From NCBI GenBank assembly GCA_963754875.1, contig CAVWHO010000016.1:584586-648585 (forward strand): DNA of 64,000 nucleotides, read 5' to 3'. The notes under the pieces were generated by a model. That model made no database searches. It saw only the letters and a program-made list of their open reading frames with translations, and was not told the origin of the DNA. Each line of letters opens with the position of its first letter. Positions within the stretch are counted from its first letter, which is position 1. This DNA is from Nitrospirota bacterium. Its GTDB lineage: Bacteria; Nitrospirota; UBA9217. The position numbers and the translations under genes were made by a program. This document shows positions 1 to 9,043 of the stretch, piece after piece.

Positions 1-2
1 TC

Positions 3-83
3 GATGCCGGAGGGATAGCATACTCTGCCGATATTAAGGGTGATACGTTGTCAATCGAGACCGGGCTTAATTTCCATTTTTAA
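3..83 (+). CDS. 3' end of a probable outer-membrane beta-barrel protein (partial, runs off the window)
   Basis: Frame 3 reads DAGGIAYSADIKGDTLSIETGLNFHF*. The alternating hydrophobic pattern ending in Phe resembles a beta-signal. Confidence 0.5.
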   Translation, partial: DAGGIAYSADIKGDTLSIETGLNFHF

Positions 84-237
84 AATCTTGGCTTCCTGTG
101 TCATGTGGAGAATGCCCGTTGTAGTTTACAGCAAACTCTCCATCCTGCCGTCCTTACATTTGCCATTCTTGTAAACCCACAAGTTCATATAGCAGTCGTT
201 AACATTGTACCCAAAAATGTTTACCCATTCGCGGTGG

Positions 238-266
238 TTGACAGCTTACCAAAACAGACATATAAT
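238..266 (+). promoter_or_regulatory. Consensus sigma70 promoter
   Basis: TTGACA (238-243), 17-bp spacer, TATAAT (261-266). Confidence 0.75.
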
Positions 267-436
267 CGTGACAAAAATATGCAAATACTTATTCTACGAG
301 CAACTTCGATGAAACATTGTCAAATACATTATTGCGTAGGGCGCCGTTAAACGCCCAGCGATGCCACGGTATTCTTCAATAGAGCTCAAGCTATAACCCG
401 GATATCTAGTCAATGCTGATCAGAGAGGATTATCGC

Positions 437-592
437 ATGAACATCATCGCACTAAACGGAAGCGCGAGAAAGAACGGGAACACGGCAACGCTGCTTGAAA
501 AGGCCCTTGAAGGCGCTGCATCGAGGGGAGCCAAGACAGAACTTGTTCATTTGTATGATTTGAAATGGGTGTCAGATTCACCAAAACAGTAA
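437..592 (+). pseudogene. Truncated flavodoxin / NADPH-dependent FMN reductase family N-terminus
   Basis: Reads MNIIALNGSARKNGNTATLLEKALEGAASRGAKTELVHLYDLK (GSxRxxGNT FMN-phosphate loop), then stops after 51 aa. RBS GAGAGG. Confidence 0.75.
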
Positions 593-724
593 GCTGATGG
601 TACGCAACATGATCTTTTCCTATTACAATAAAATATCAACCACTCAAAAAAGCATCTGCCATAAGAGCGACGAGATCCATGCCGTCCCGTTGCCTGATAT
701 CTACGAATGACAGGAGCACAAACA

Positions 725-1168
725 ATGTCAGCATTTGTATGTTACAACAGAAAAAGTCTCGAAACCTTGTTGCCGCATAGGGGAGCGGCACTCAGAAAAA
801 TCGACGGGGTGTTTTACAATGCCGGTGCTCCTAACATGCTGATCGGACTCAAAGAGATCGGGATGGATGATCCGGATTTAGAAGGCCATTTTCCACAAGC
901 GCCTACTTATCCGGGATACGCGCAAGACGAATTTGTGTGCCTCGTAGCTGCGGCACTCATTCCGATCGCGGTTGAAGGATTGAAGACGGATCCACACGTT
1001 GTTCAGAAGATCGTTCGATATAAAAAGAACGCCGTCCCCGGTGACCGGCTTATTGCCGAGGTAAGACTGAACGGAAGACGCGGTAAATTCTTCATGTTCA
1101 CAGCCGATATTAAAAATCAGAACAACGAGGTTGTCGCAGAATTTGAAAAAATCATCGGCTCGGTTTAA
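725..1168 (+). CDS. Hot-dog fold FabZ/FabA-like dehydratase
   Basis: LLPHR, GHFPxxPxYPG and VPGDRL motifs. RBS AGGAG before ATG 725. Confidence 0.7.
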   Translation: MSAFVCYNRKSLETLLPHRGAALRKIDGVFYNAGAPNMLIGLKEIGMDDPDLEGHFPQAPTYPGYAQDEFVCLVAAALIPIAVEGLKTDPHVVQKIVRYKKNAVPGDRLIAEVRLNGRRGKFFMFTADIKNQNNEVVAEFEKIIGSV

Positions 1169-1253
1169 ATATTGCGATCTGAGGGTCAGGAAGGGATATC
1201 AGCGGAGTTCCCCTCTTTCTCCCACAGAACAACACCATGGCCGAAAAAACATC

Positions 1254-1282
1254 TTGACAGCAGAAGAGATATTCCCTATATT
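1254..1282 (+). promoter_or_regulatory. sigma70 promoter
   Basis: TTGACA, 17 bp, TATATT. The predicted +1 falls at about A1289. Confidence 0.7.
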
Positions 1283-1288
1283 TATTTC

Positions 1289-1375
1289 ATGCATCCAATG
1301 AATCTCCTTACTCTTCAGCTCGTCCGCAAAGCAGCATGGCACCTTATTGCCGTGGCCGAGGGGGGATTCTATTAA
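1289..1375 (+). CDS. Putative leaderless attenuator leader peptide MHPMNLLTLQLVRKAAWHLIAVAEGGFY
   Basis: The ATG coincides with the predicted TSS. Leu codons cluster at 1304-1321. The ORF overlaps alternative RNA hairpins. Confidence 0.55.
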   Translation: MHPMNLLTLQLVRKAAWHLIAVAEGGFY

Positions 1376-1413
1376 CTTTTTATCTATACAATAGAATAAA
1401 ACAATACCCACAT

Positions 1414-1450
1414 GGCCACGGAAAATCAAATCCGTGGCCTTTTTTGTTTT
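1414..1450 (+). terminator. Intrinsic terminator in the 5' leader (attenuator 3:4 stem)
   Basis: GGCCACGGA-aaatcaaa-TCCGTGGCC followed by TTTTTTGTTTT, 45 nt upstream of the methyltransferase ATG. Confidence 0.8.
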
Positions 1451-1494
1451 CGTCCTTGGCAGCTGTAAAGTTCAACCCTTCTGGGAGGTGCACC

Positions 1495-2271
1495 ATGAAA
1501 TGGGACGCAGAGAAGTACGACGCGGTAAAAGCGCCGCAGATCGAAGCTGGCAAGGAGCTCATGTCCCTGGCCGGGATTCGTGAAAACGATGCAATTCTTG
1601 ACCTCGGCTGCGGCACCGGCAAGCTTACCAAGGAACTCGCGCATCTCGCTTCGAAGGGAGTTGTGGTGGGCATTGATCCGTCCGAGGAAATGCTCGAAAA
1701 AGCAAGGGTAGCCGCGTCACACACCGGCAATATGACGGTACTCCGGGCCGCGGCCGAGGAAATTAATTTTCTCGACAAGTTCGACCTGGCCTTTTCAAAT
1801 TCCTCCATGCAATGGGTAAAGGACCAGCCCAAGGCAGCAGCCACGGCTTATCGAGCGCTTAAGCAAGGCGGCAGAATCGCATTTCAGTTTCCTGCGGCGA
1901 ACTTTTGTGCGGAATTCTTCGATTCGGTGGACGGGGCGATATCCATGCTGGGATATGACCGTTTCTTCGAGGGATGGCAGTCGCCCTGGCGGTTTCCCTC
2001 AAAGGAAGAGTATGAATCAATGCTGAACCGGGCGGGCTTCAGAGCTCTCAATGTTTTTTACAAGAAATATCGAGTCGGTTTCGGAACTATTCCCGATGTC
2101 ATGATCTGGTGGTCTTCGGCAGGATTGCGGCCCTATCTCGCGGCTCTGCCCGAAGGAGCACAAGAGCATTTTAAAGAGGCTTTTGCAGAAGGATTCAAGC
2201 GGAACAAAACCGATGCAGGAATCGAGTTCGATTTCAGGAGATTGTTCGCTTTGGCGAAAAAGGAAATATAA
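1495..2271 (+). CDS. Class I SAM-dependent methyltransferase (trans-aconitate methyltransferase-like)
   Basis: ILDLGCGTG motif I, GIDPSEEML, FDLAFSNS. RBS GGAGG. Confidence 0.85.
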   Translation: MKWDAEKYDAVKAPQIEAGKELMSLAGIRENDAILDLGCGTGKLTKELAHLASKGVVVGIDPSEEMLEKARVAASHTGNMTVLRAAAEEINFLDKFDLAFSNSSMQWVKDQPKAAATAYRALKQGGRIAFQFPAANFCAEFFDSVDGAISMLGYDRFFEGWQSPWRFPSKEEYESMLNRAGFRALNVFYKKYRVGFGTIPDVMIWWSSAGLRPYLAALPEGAQEHFKEAFAEGFKRNKTDAGIEFDFRRLFALAKKEI

Positions 2272-2372
2272 CCACGTTCTCGCAGAATGCGCGGGACGCA
2301 CGGATTAAGGCAGTTTAGTGGAATTCACATCGTATTCTTTACTGTGTGTCCGCGAAGCGGACCCGCGGTTAA
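2270..2372. repeat. Imperfect palindromic intergenic element (AACCACG...GCGGTT family)
   Basis: AACCACG...GGACGCACGG and CTGTGTGTCC...CGCGGTT are inverted arms. A similar element lies at 17911-17989. Confidence 0.45.
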
Positions 2373-2413
2373 TCAGGTTTTGACAAAACGCTTTTCCGGA
2401 TAAGGAGACTACC

Positions 2414-4120
2414 ATGAAAACAATGCCTGCCCACAAATACAAACCCTTTCCCCCCGTCGCTCTGCCCGATCGTACCTGGCCGTCAAAAAACATAAAAACC
2501 GCGCCCACTTGGTGCAGCGTGGACTTGCGGGACGGGAACCAGGCGCTCGTTGTCCCGATGGGCGTCGAAGAGAAGCTGAAGATGTTTCAAATGCTCGTGG
2601 ACATGGGGTTTAAGGAGATCGAGGTCGGATTTCCCTCGGCGTCGCAGATCGAGTACGACTTTGTCCGCATTCTGATCGAGAAACACCTCGTGCCCGATGA
2701 CGTCACGCTCCAGGTGCTTACGCAGGCACGGGAACACCTGATCAGGAGGACCGTTGAATCTCTGCGCAACTCGCGCAGGGCAATCGTGCACCTGTATAAC
2801 TCGACCTCGGAACTTCAGCGCAGGGTCGTTTTCCGCATGGGCAGGAAAGAGATCATCGAACTCGCTGTTGCCGGCGCACGGCTGATCAAAGAAGAGACCT
2901 CAAAGCTCGCGGACACGGATTTTATCTTTGAATATTCACCCGAGAGCTTTACCGGCACGGAGCTCGACTTCGCGCTCGAGATCTGTGAAGCAGTAACTGA
3001 TGTCTGGCAGCCGACCTTGCACAGAAAAGTAATTCTCAACCTGCCGGCAACGGTCGAGATGTCAACGCCGAATGTTTATGCAGACCAGATCGAGTGGTTC
3101 AGCAGACACCTGCGGGACCGTGAATCTGTTGTGGTGAGTGTCCATGCGCATAATGATCGCGGCACCGGCGTGGCGGCAACAGAACTTGCGCTCCTGGCAG
3201 GCGCGGAACGCGTCGAGGGCACGCTCTTCGGGAACGGCGAGCGCACAGGCAACGTGGACCTGGTGACACTGGCGATGAACCTGTGCTCACAGGGTATTGA
3301 CCCGAAACTGGACTTCCACGACATCGGCAGGATCATTGCCATGTACGAGCAATGCACCAGGCTCAATGTCCACGCGCGGCACCCCTATGCCGGAGAGCTT
3401 GTGTACACGGCTTTTTCTGGGTCTCATCAGGACGCTATCAACAAAGGCATGAAGGCGCGTGAAAAGGAACAATTCGGTTGCTGGGAGGTGCCTTATCTGC
3501 CGATCGATCCGAGTGACGTGGGACGGACATTCGAGAATGTCATCAGAATCAACAGCCAATCCGGCAAAGGCGGCGTTGCCTATATCATGGAGAAGGAATA
3601 TGGCTATTCCCTTCCCCGGGAAATGCATGCCGAATTCAGCCGCATGATCCAGGCGATCTCGGAAAAAACCGGAAAGGAAGTCCGGCCCGATGTCATGTGG
3701 GAGACTTTTGAACAAGAATATTTAAAGAAGACTGCACCGCTCGCTCTCAAGAGCTGCCACATTGACGAGAAGCCTGCGGGCAAGCATAACGATAATGTAC
3801 GCGGCGCAACGATACAGGCCTGTATCGTGATGAACGAAAGAGAGCACGACATAACAGGCACTGGCAACGGACCGATCGACGCTTTCTGTAAGGCGCTCAG
3901 GAGTGCGCTTAAGCTCGACTTCGATATCACGGCTTACTACGAACACGCGCTGGAGCAAGGGTCAGACTCGAAGGCCGTTGCCTACATTCAAGTTCGGGAC
4001 AGGAACGACAATTTCGTGTTCGGCGCAGGCGTGGACACCAATATATCGATTGCATCGCTCAGGGCAGTCATGAGCGCCTTGAATAGATTGCCGAGTCTCA
4101 CAATGGGGGGAACGAAGTGA
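2414..4120 (+). CDS. leuA: 2-isopropylmalate synthase (yeast/actinobacterial-type LeuA)
   Basis: WCSVDLRDGNQAL, EYSPESFTGTE, HAHNDRGTGVAA, GNGERTGNVDL, RINSQSGKGG and a C-terminal regulatory domain (GNGPID). Confidence 0.95.
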   Translation: MKTMPAHKYKPFPPVALPDRTWPSKNIKTAPTWCSVDLRDGNQALVVPMGVEEKLKMFQMLVDMGFKEIEVGFPSASQIEYDFVRILIEKHLVPDDVTLQVLTQAREHLIRRTVESLRNSRRAIVHLYNSTSELQRRVVFRMGRKEIIELAVAGARLIKEETSKLADTDFIFEYSPESFTGTELDFALEICEAVTDVWQPTLHRKVILNLPATVEMSTPNVYADQIEWFSRHLRDRESVVVSVHAHNDRGTGVAATELALLAGAERVEGTLFGNGERTGNVDLVTLAMNLCSQGIDPKLDFHDIGRIIAMYEQCTRLNVHARHPYAGELVYTAFSGSHQDAINKGMKAREKEQFGCWEVPYLPIDPSDVGRTFENVIRINSQSGKGGVAYIMEKEYGYSLPREMHAEFSRMIQAISEKTGKEVRPDVMWETFEQEYLKKTAPLALKSCHIDEKPAGKHNDNVRGATIQACIVMNEREHDITGTGNGPIDAFCKALRSALKLDFDITAYYEHALEQGSDSKAVAYIQVRDRNDNFVFGAGVDTNISIASLRAVMSALNRLPSLTMGGTK

Positions 4121-5017
4121 GTAGTACCACCGCCTTAATCGGACCGGGCAGGGCCAGGGTCATTACCGCACTCCTCACGCTGTACCTCGCCTGGAGCTCC
4201 ACGTACCTCGCGATACGGATCTCGCTCGAAGAGTTTCCCGCCGCTTTTCATTGCAGGGTCTCGGTACATGCTGGTCGGGGCAGGAATGTATCTCTATTTG
4301 CGCTGGAAAGGCGTGCCGTCGCCGGTCAGGCCGCAATGGCTCGCCTCATTAACAGTCGGCGCCTTTCTGCTCCTCGGCGGGACAGGAGGAGTTGTGTATG
4401 CCGAACAGTGGGTGGGGTCGGGCGTTGCCGCTCTCGTGCTCGCGACCACGCCGCTCTGGACCGTACTGTTCGCCGGCATATGGAAACAGTGGCCTGCGCG
4501 GCATGAGTGGATCGGTCTAGCCCTCGGCCTCGCGGGCATTCTCCTCCTGAACGTAGAAGGCGATCTGCATGCCCATCCCGCGGGTGCAATCCTTCTTGTC
4601 CTGTCCGCTGCTTCGTGGTCGTTCGGGTCCGTGCTGAGCCTGCGTCTGCCCCTTCCCTCGGGGATGATGGCAAGCGCGGCGCAGATGTTCAGCGGCGGAT
4701 TGCTGGTGCTCGTTGTCGGCTTTGCTTCTGGAGAGCGTATCCCGACGCACCCGTCCATGCGGGCCTTGGGGGCGATGGTGTATCTCGCTATCTTCGGCTC
4801 GCTTCTGGGATACACTGCTTACACATATTTGTTGAAGAACGTCCGCCCCGCTCTTGCAACCAGCTACGCCTACGTGAACCCCGCCCTTGCGGTGGTGCTC
4901 GGGATCTGGCTCGCTGATGAGACAGTGAACGCAATTGGTGTCATTGCAATGCTCACGATCCTTGCCGGGGTCATACTGGTCATAGCAGGACAGCGGCGAT
5001 TGAGAGTGACGCCATGA
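4117..5017 (+). CDS. yedA: EamA/DMT transporter (YedA-like) with one frameshift near 4238
   Basis: LYLAWSSTYLAIR in one frame continues as PPLFIAGSRYML...SYAYVNPALAV in the next. There is an extra C in TTTCCCGCCG. Confidence 0.8.
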
Positions 5018-5090
5018 CCGGCTATGTTGATTGTGGACTGCATCAATATGGTTTTGGCTGAGAGAATGCCTGGCTGAGGAGACTGAACAT

Positions 5091-5834
5091 ATGGATTTGG
5101 ACGAGATACGACAGAGGATCGACCAAGTCGATTCAGAGATAATCGCGCTTCTTTCTCAGCGCGCCAAGCTGGTCAGCGCGGCGGGTCAACTGAAAAAGAA
5201 CAAAGAAGGCGTCCGGGACGGAAAGCGCGTCGAACAGGTGATCGAGCGGGTAAAGGCAAGGGCTGCCCAGGCAGGACTCTCACCGCATATTGCCGAGAAG
5301 GTCTACCGGACCATCGTCAAGTGTTTCATCGAGAAGGAACTGCAGGAGTACACTAACCTGCTCGACCGGACACTCACCGATGACATACGCCTAGCATCGG
5401 AAACGGACGCGGCGGAGATACTGGAAATACAGAAGGCGGCCTTTCACGGGCAAGGCATTTTGTATAACGACATGACGCTGCCGCCCCTGGTCCAGACTTT
5501 GGGCGAACTGGTACAGGATTTCAAGCACCATTCTTTCCTGAAAGCGCTTTGCGACGGACAGATCGTGGGATCAGTGAGAGGCCGCGTTGAGGGGGACACG
5601 TGCCATGTTTCACGCTTGATCGTGAGGCCGGATTATCAAAACAGGGGCATCGGGAAAAAGCTGATGCTTGCCGTTGAAAACGAATTCAGCAGTGTGCAGC
5701 GTTACGAGCTGTTCACCGGGCACAAGAGCGAAAGGAACATTGCTTTATACGAAAAACTCGGATATCGCAAATACGGTGAAAAGCCCCAGGGTGATACTGT
5801 ACTCTTGTTCTGCATGGAAAAATGGACAGCCTGA
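5091..5834 (+). CDS. Chorismate mutase (AroQ) domain fused to a GNAT acetyltransferase
   Basis: N-terminal LDEIRQRIDQVDSEIIALLSQRAKLV...VRDGKRVEQVI. C-terminal RLIVRPDYQNRGIGKKLM...NIALYEKLGY. Confidence 0.85.
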   Translation: MDLDEIRQRIDQVDSEIIALLSQRAKLVSAAGQLKKNKEGVRDGKRVEQVIERVKARAAQAGLSPHIAEKVYRTIVKCFIEKELQEYTNLLDRTLTDDIRLASETDAAEILEIQKAAFHGQGILYNDMTLPPLVQTLGELVQDFKHHSFLKALCDGQIVGSVRGRVEGDTCHVSRLIVRPDYQNRGIGKKLMLAVENEFSSVQRYELFTGHKSERNIALYEKLGYRKYGEKPQGDTVLLFCMEKWTA

Positions 5835-5988
5835 ACCCCCTTTTATATTCAGGGAGCATAATAGACGATGACCGTTTATTGAGGCACGCCTAACTTTTGC
5901 AATACACGTTTGTTTTTTTCTCGATTTCTGATACACTCGAACTCACAGCACAGGCTGTTGGCTTTTACAATGCATGAGGGAAAATCAA

Positions 5989-7179
5989 ATGGACAGCATC
6001 TTTTCCGACAGCATTACCGACGTTCCCCGTTCGTTCATCCGTGAAATCCTCAAGGTCGCACTCGATCCTGCGGTCATTTCTTTTGCCGGCGGCCTTCCGA
6101 ACAGGCAGCTGTTCCCTGCCAGGGAGCTGAAGGCGGCGACGGACAAGGTATTCGCTTTTCACGGGAATGATATTTTTCAGTACAGCAACTCAGAAGGATA
6201 TCTGAAGCTGAGAGAATATATTGCCGGGCGCTACCGGCAGACGAAGAAGCTCGACATCCCGGTCGAAGACATCCTGATCACCAGCGGCTCTCAACAAGGG
6301 CTGGACCTTTTGGGCAAGATCCTCCTGAACAAAGGCGACAGTGTGGTCATCGAAGAGCCCGGCTATTTGGGGGCGATCCAGGCCTTTTCGATTTACAAGC
6401 CGAAGTTTCTCCCGGTACTCGTTTCTGAGCAGGGAATGGACACACAGCGGCTGCGGCGCGGCCTCGCCTCGGAGAAGCCGAAACTGATGTACACGGTCCC
6501 GAATTTCCAAAATCCCTCAGGTATCTCGTATTCGAATGAAAATAGGGCCGAAGTTTCGGAAATCCTTCGTAGCACAAAAACGCTCCTGATCGAAGACGAC
6601 CCTTACGGCGAGTTGCGGTTCTCAGGACAACGCAAACAATCGTTCAAGGAACTGCTGCCCGACAACACGATCCTCTTGGGTTCTTTTTCGAAAACGATTG
6701 TACCCGGGTTCAGGCTGGGATGGATCGCGGCCCCGAAATATATTATGGACAAGCTGATCATTGCAAAGCAGGCTTCCGATCTTCACACGAGCCATTTTAC
6801 GCAGAGCATCATTTACCACTATTTGCGCGACAATGATGTTGACGCACATATAGAAAAAATCCGGGATGCCTACGGGAGGCAATGCAGGGCAATGCTCAAC
6901 AGTATCGGAAAGCATTTTCCTCAGAACGTAAAGCATACGAAGCCCGAGGGTGGCATGTTCCTCTGGGCCGAATTACCGCAGAACGCTGCAGCGCTCGATT
7001 TGTTTGATCTGGCGGTAAAAGACAAAGTCATTTTTGTTCCTGGGGACCCCTTCTACGTCAACAAAACACGAACAAGTACTATGCGCTTGAATTTTTCCTG
7101 CGTTGATGAAGAAACAATAGAAGTCGGCATTGGCCGGTTGGGCAATGCAATTCGCGAACTCTTACAAAATACGAAATAG
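5989..7179 (+). CDS. PLP-dependent class I/II aminotransferase (LysN/2-aminoadipate transaminase-like)
   Basis: ISFAGGLP, PNFQNPSG, IEDDPYGEL, GSFSKTIVPGFRLGW (PLP lysine), PEGGMFLW, RLNFS. Confidence 0.9.
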   Translation: MDSIFSDSITDVPRSFIREILKVALDPAVISFAGGLPNRQLFPARELKAATDKVFAFHGNDIFQYSNSEGYLKLREYIAGRYRQTKKLDIPVEDILITSGSQQGLDLLGKILLNKGDSVVIEEPGYLGAIQAFSIYKPKFLPVLVSEQGMDTQRLRRGLASEKPKLMYTVPNFQNPSGISYSNENRAEVSEILRSTKTLLIEDDPYGELRFSGQRKQSFKELLPDNTILLGSFSKTIVPGFRLGWIAAPKYIMDKLIIAKQASDLHTSHFTQSIIYHYLRDNDVDAHIEKIRDAYGRQCRAMLNSIGKHFPQNVKHTKPEGGMFLWAELPQNAAALDLFDLAVKDKVIFVPGDPFYVNKTRTSTMRLNFSCVDEETIEVGIGRLGNAIRELLQNTK

Positions 7180-7198
7180 GCGGCTGCGAGGAGAAAGT

Positions 7199-7756
7199 AT
7201 GAATTCCGCATTGGTGCTGGTTGATATTCAACAGGACTATTTTCCGAAGGGGAGGATGGAAGTAGTCGGAGCTGTCGAAGCAAGCCAAGCCGCCAAAAGG
7301 CTTTTGGATTTTTTTAGAACGAAAAAATTGCCGATTGTCCATATCCAGCATATTTCCACGCGGCCGGGCGCTACATTTTTCCTGCCGAATACGGAGGGGA
7401 TACACTTGCACGAAAGCGTCTCGCCTTTGCCCGACGAAACAATTGTTAAAAAACATTTCCCGAACAGTTTCAGGGATACGCATCTGCAGGAATATCTTCT
7501 TTCGCAAGAGATCAAGGACCTGGTGATCTGCGGGATGATGTCTCATATGTGTATTGACGCAACCGTTCGGGCGGCCTTCGACAAAGGGTATCAATGTATG
7601 GTTGCTCACGATGCCTGTGCAGCGAGAAGCCTGGCTTTTCATGGTTCCAATATCCCCGCGAGTAACGTCCACGGGGCGTATATGGCCGCCTTGGGTGCAG
7701 TTTTTGCGAAGGTAGCAAGTGCGAACGACATCATGGGGATGCTCGGCGACACGTAA
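7199..7756 (+). CDS. Isochorismatase-family cysteine hydrolase
   Basis: ALVLVDIQQDY, KHFPNSFRDT, GMMSHMCIDATVR (Asp-Lys-Cys triad). Confidence 0.9.
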   Translation: MNSALVLVDIQQDYFPKGRMEVVGAVEASQAAKRLLDFFRTKKLPIVHIQHISTRPGATFFLPNTEGIHLHESVSPLPDETIVKKHFPNSFRDTHLQEYLLSQEIKDLVICGMMSHMCIDATVRAAFDKGYQCMVAHDACAARSLAFHGSNIPASNVHGAYMAALGAVFAKVASANDIMGMLGDT

Positions 7757-7785
7757 TCAGGCTGTCGAAAAAGGAGGGGCCACGA

Positions 7786-8445
7786 ATGTCCGTAAAAAAG
7801 TATATCGTGATATCGCTCGTGGCGATTGTTGTTATTCTCGCCGTGATCGTCTTCGCTATCATGAAGAAATTTTTTACGCCAACCAAGGGTGCGAAAATCG
7901 CCGCCTACGCCAACCCGCAAAAAGCCCTCCTGGTCATCGACGTTCAGGAAGACTATACCGGGCTCAGAGGCAAGCAGCCTAGCCTGTATAAGAACGTTGA
8001 GCCGCAGATCGCGGTCATCAACACACTTATCGACAAGGCGTCGAAGTCGGGAGCCAGGGTGATCTATATCCGCCAGATCTTTGACGACAACTTCATTACT
8101 CGGCTTCTTGGGGGCCGGGCCATCGAGAGCAAGCCGGGAACGGAAGTCGACTCGAGAATAAACGTGGTAAGTCGCAACGATTTCACAAAGAAGTTTTCCG
8201 ACGCTTTTTCAAACCGGCAATTGGACGAGTTCCTCATCCGGAATCAGGTAAACGAGCTGTATCTGGTGGGACTGGACGCTGCCTATTGCGTTCACAACAC
8301 CGCCAGGGGCGCCCTTAACCGGGGGTACAAAGTAAAGATCGTCAAGGACGCGATCATAACCCGCATAGACATGAGCGACATCCTGAAGCAATACGAGCAG
8401 GAAGGTATTTTAGTGACTTCGAGCGCGGAATTCGCGGATAGGTAA
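7786..8445 (+). CDS. Isochorismatase-family cysteine hydrolase with an N-terminal membrane anchor
   Basis: Hydrophobic N-terminus, then ALLVIDVQEDY, KKFSDAF, GLDAAYCVHNT. Confidence 0.85.
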   Translation: MSVKKYIVISLVAIVVILAVIVFAIMKKFFTPTKGAKIAAYANPQKALLVIDVQEDYTGLRGKQPSLYKNVEPQIAVINTLIDKASKSGARVIYIRQIFDDNFITRLLGGRAIESKPGTEVDSRINVVSRNDFTKKFSDAFSNRQLDEFLIRNQVNELYLVGLDAAYCVHNTARGALNRGYKVKIVKDAIITRIDMSDILKQYEQEGILVTSSAEFADR

Positions 8446-8531
8446 TTCCCGTCCAGAACGCCGATGGTGACTCATCCTCTTTGCGTGATACAGTTAATCA
8501 TATCTGCAAGACTGAACATGAGAGGCCCGTC

Positions 8532-8978
8532 ATGAACTACGAAGAGCTCAAAAAAATTCTTGCACCCTGCGGCCTGAACTGCATGAAGTGCCAGATGTAC
8601 AGCGACGGCGACATCAAGCGGCATTCAGTGGAGCTGCGAAGGCTGCTGGGCTCCTTCGACAGCTATGCGGAGCGGTTTTCAAAATTCCTTTCCGTGTATC
8701 AGAACTATCCCGCGTTCAAGGAACTGCTCGCCCACTTCAGCCAAGCCGGCTGCAAAGGATGCCGCAAGGGTGACTGCAAATATCCGAACTGCGGGGTGGC
8801 GACATGCTACAAGCAGAAGGGCGTTGATTTCTGTTTTCAGTGTAAGGACTTCCCCTGTGACAAGTCCAACTTCGACCCTAACCTCCATGAGCGATGGGTC
8901 AGGATGAACCGTCGTATGAAGGAGCTCGGCGTTGAAGCGTATTACGAAGCGACGAAAGACCAGCCGCGATACGCGTAA
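8532..8978 (+). CDS. DUF3795-like Cys-rich protein (paralog 1)
   Basis: APCGLNCxxC, CKGCR, C...C, GVDFCFQCKDFPC. Confidence 0.85.
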   Translation: MNYEELKKILAPCGLNCMKCQMYSDGDIKRHSVELRRLLGSFDSYAERFSKFLSVYQNYPAFKELLAHFSQAGCKGCRKGDCKYPNCGVATCYKQKGVDFCFQCKDFPCDKSNFDPNLHERWVRMNRRMKELGVEAYYEATKDQPRYA

Positions 8979-9043
8979 GTCATACGACTTCACTTCAGTG
9001 AACCCTGTCCGGCACCTGAGCAATACGTAACGAGGTGTTACCC

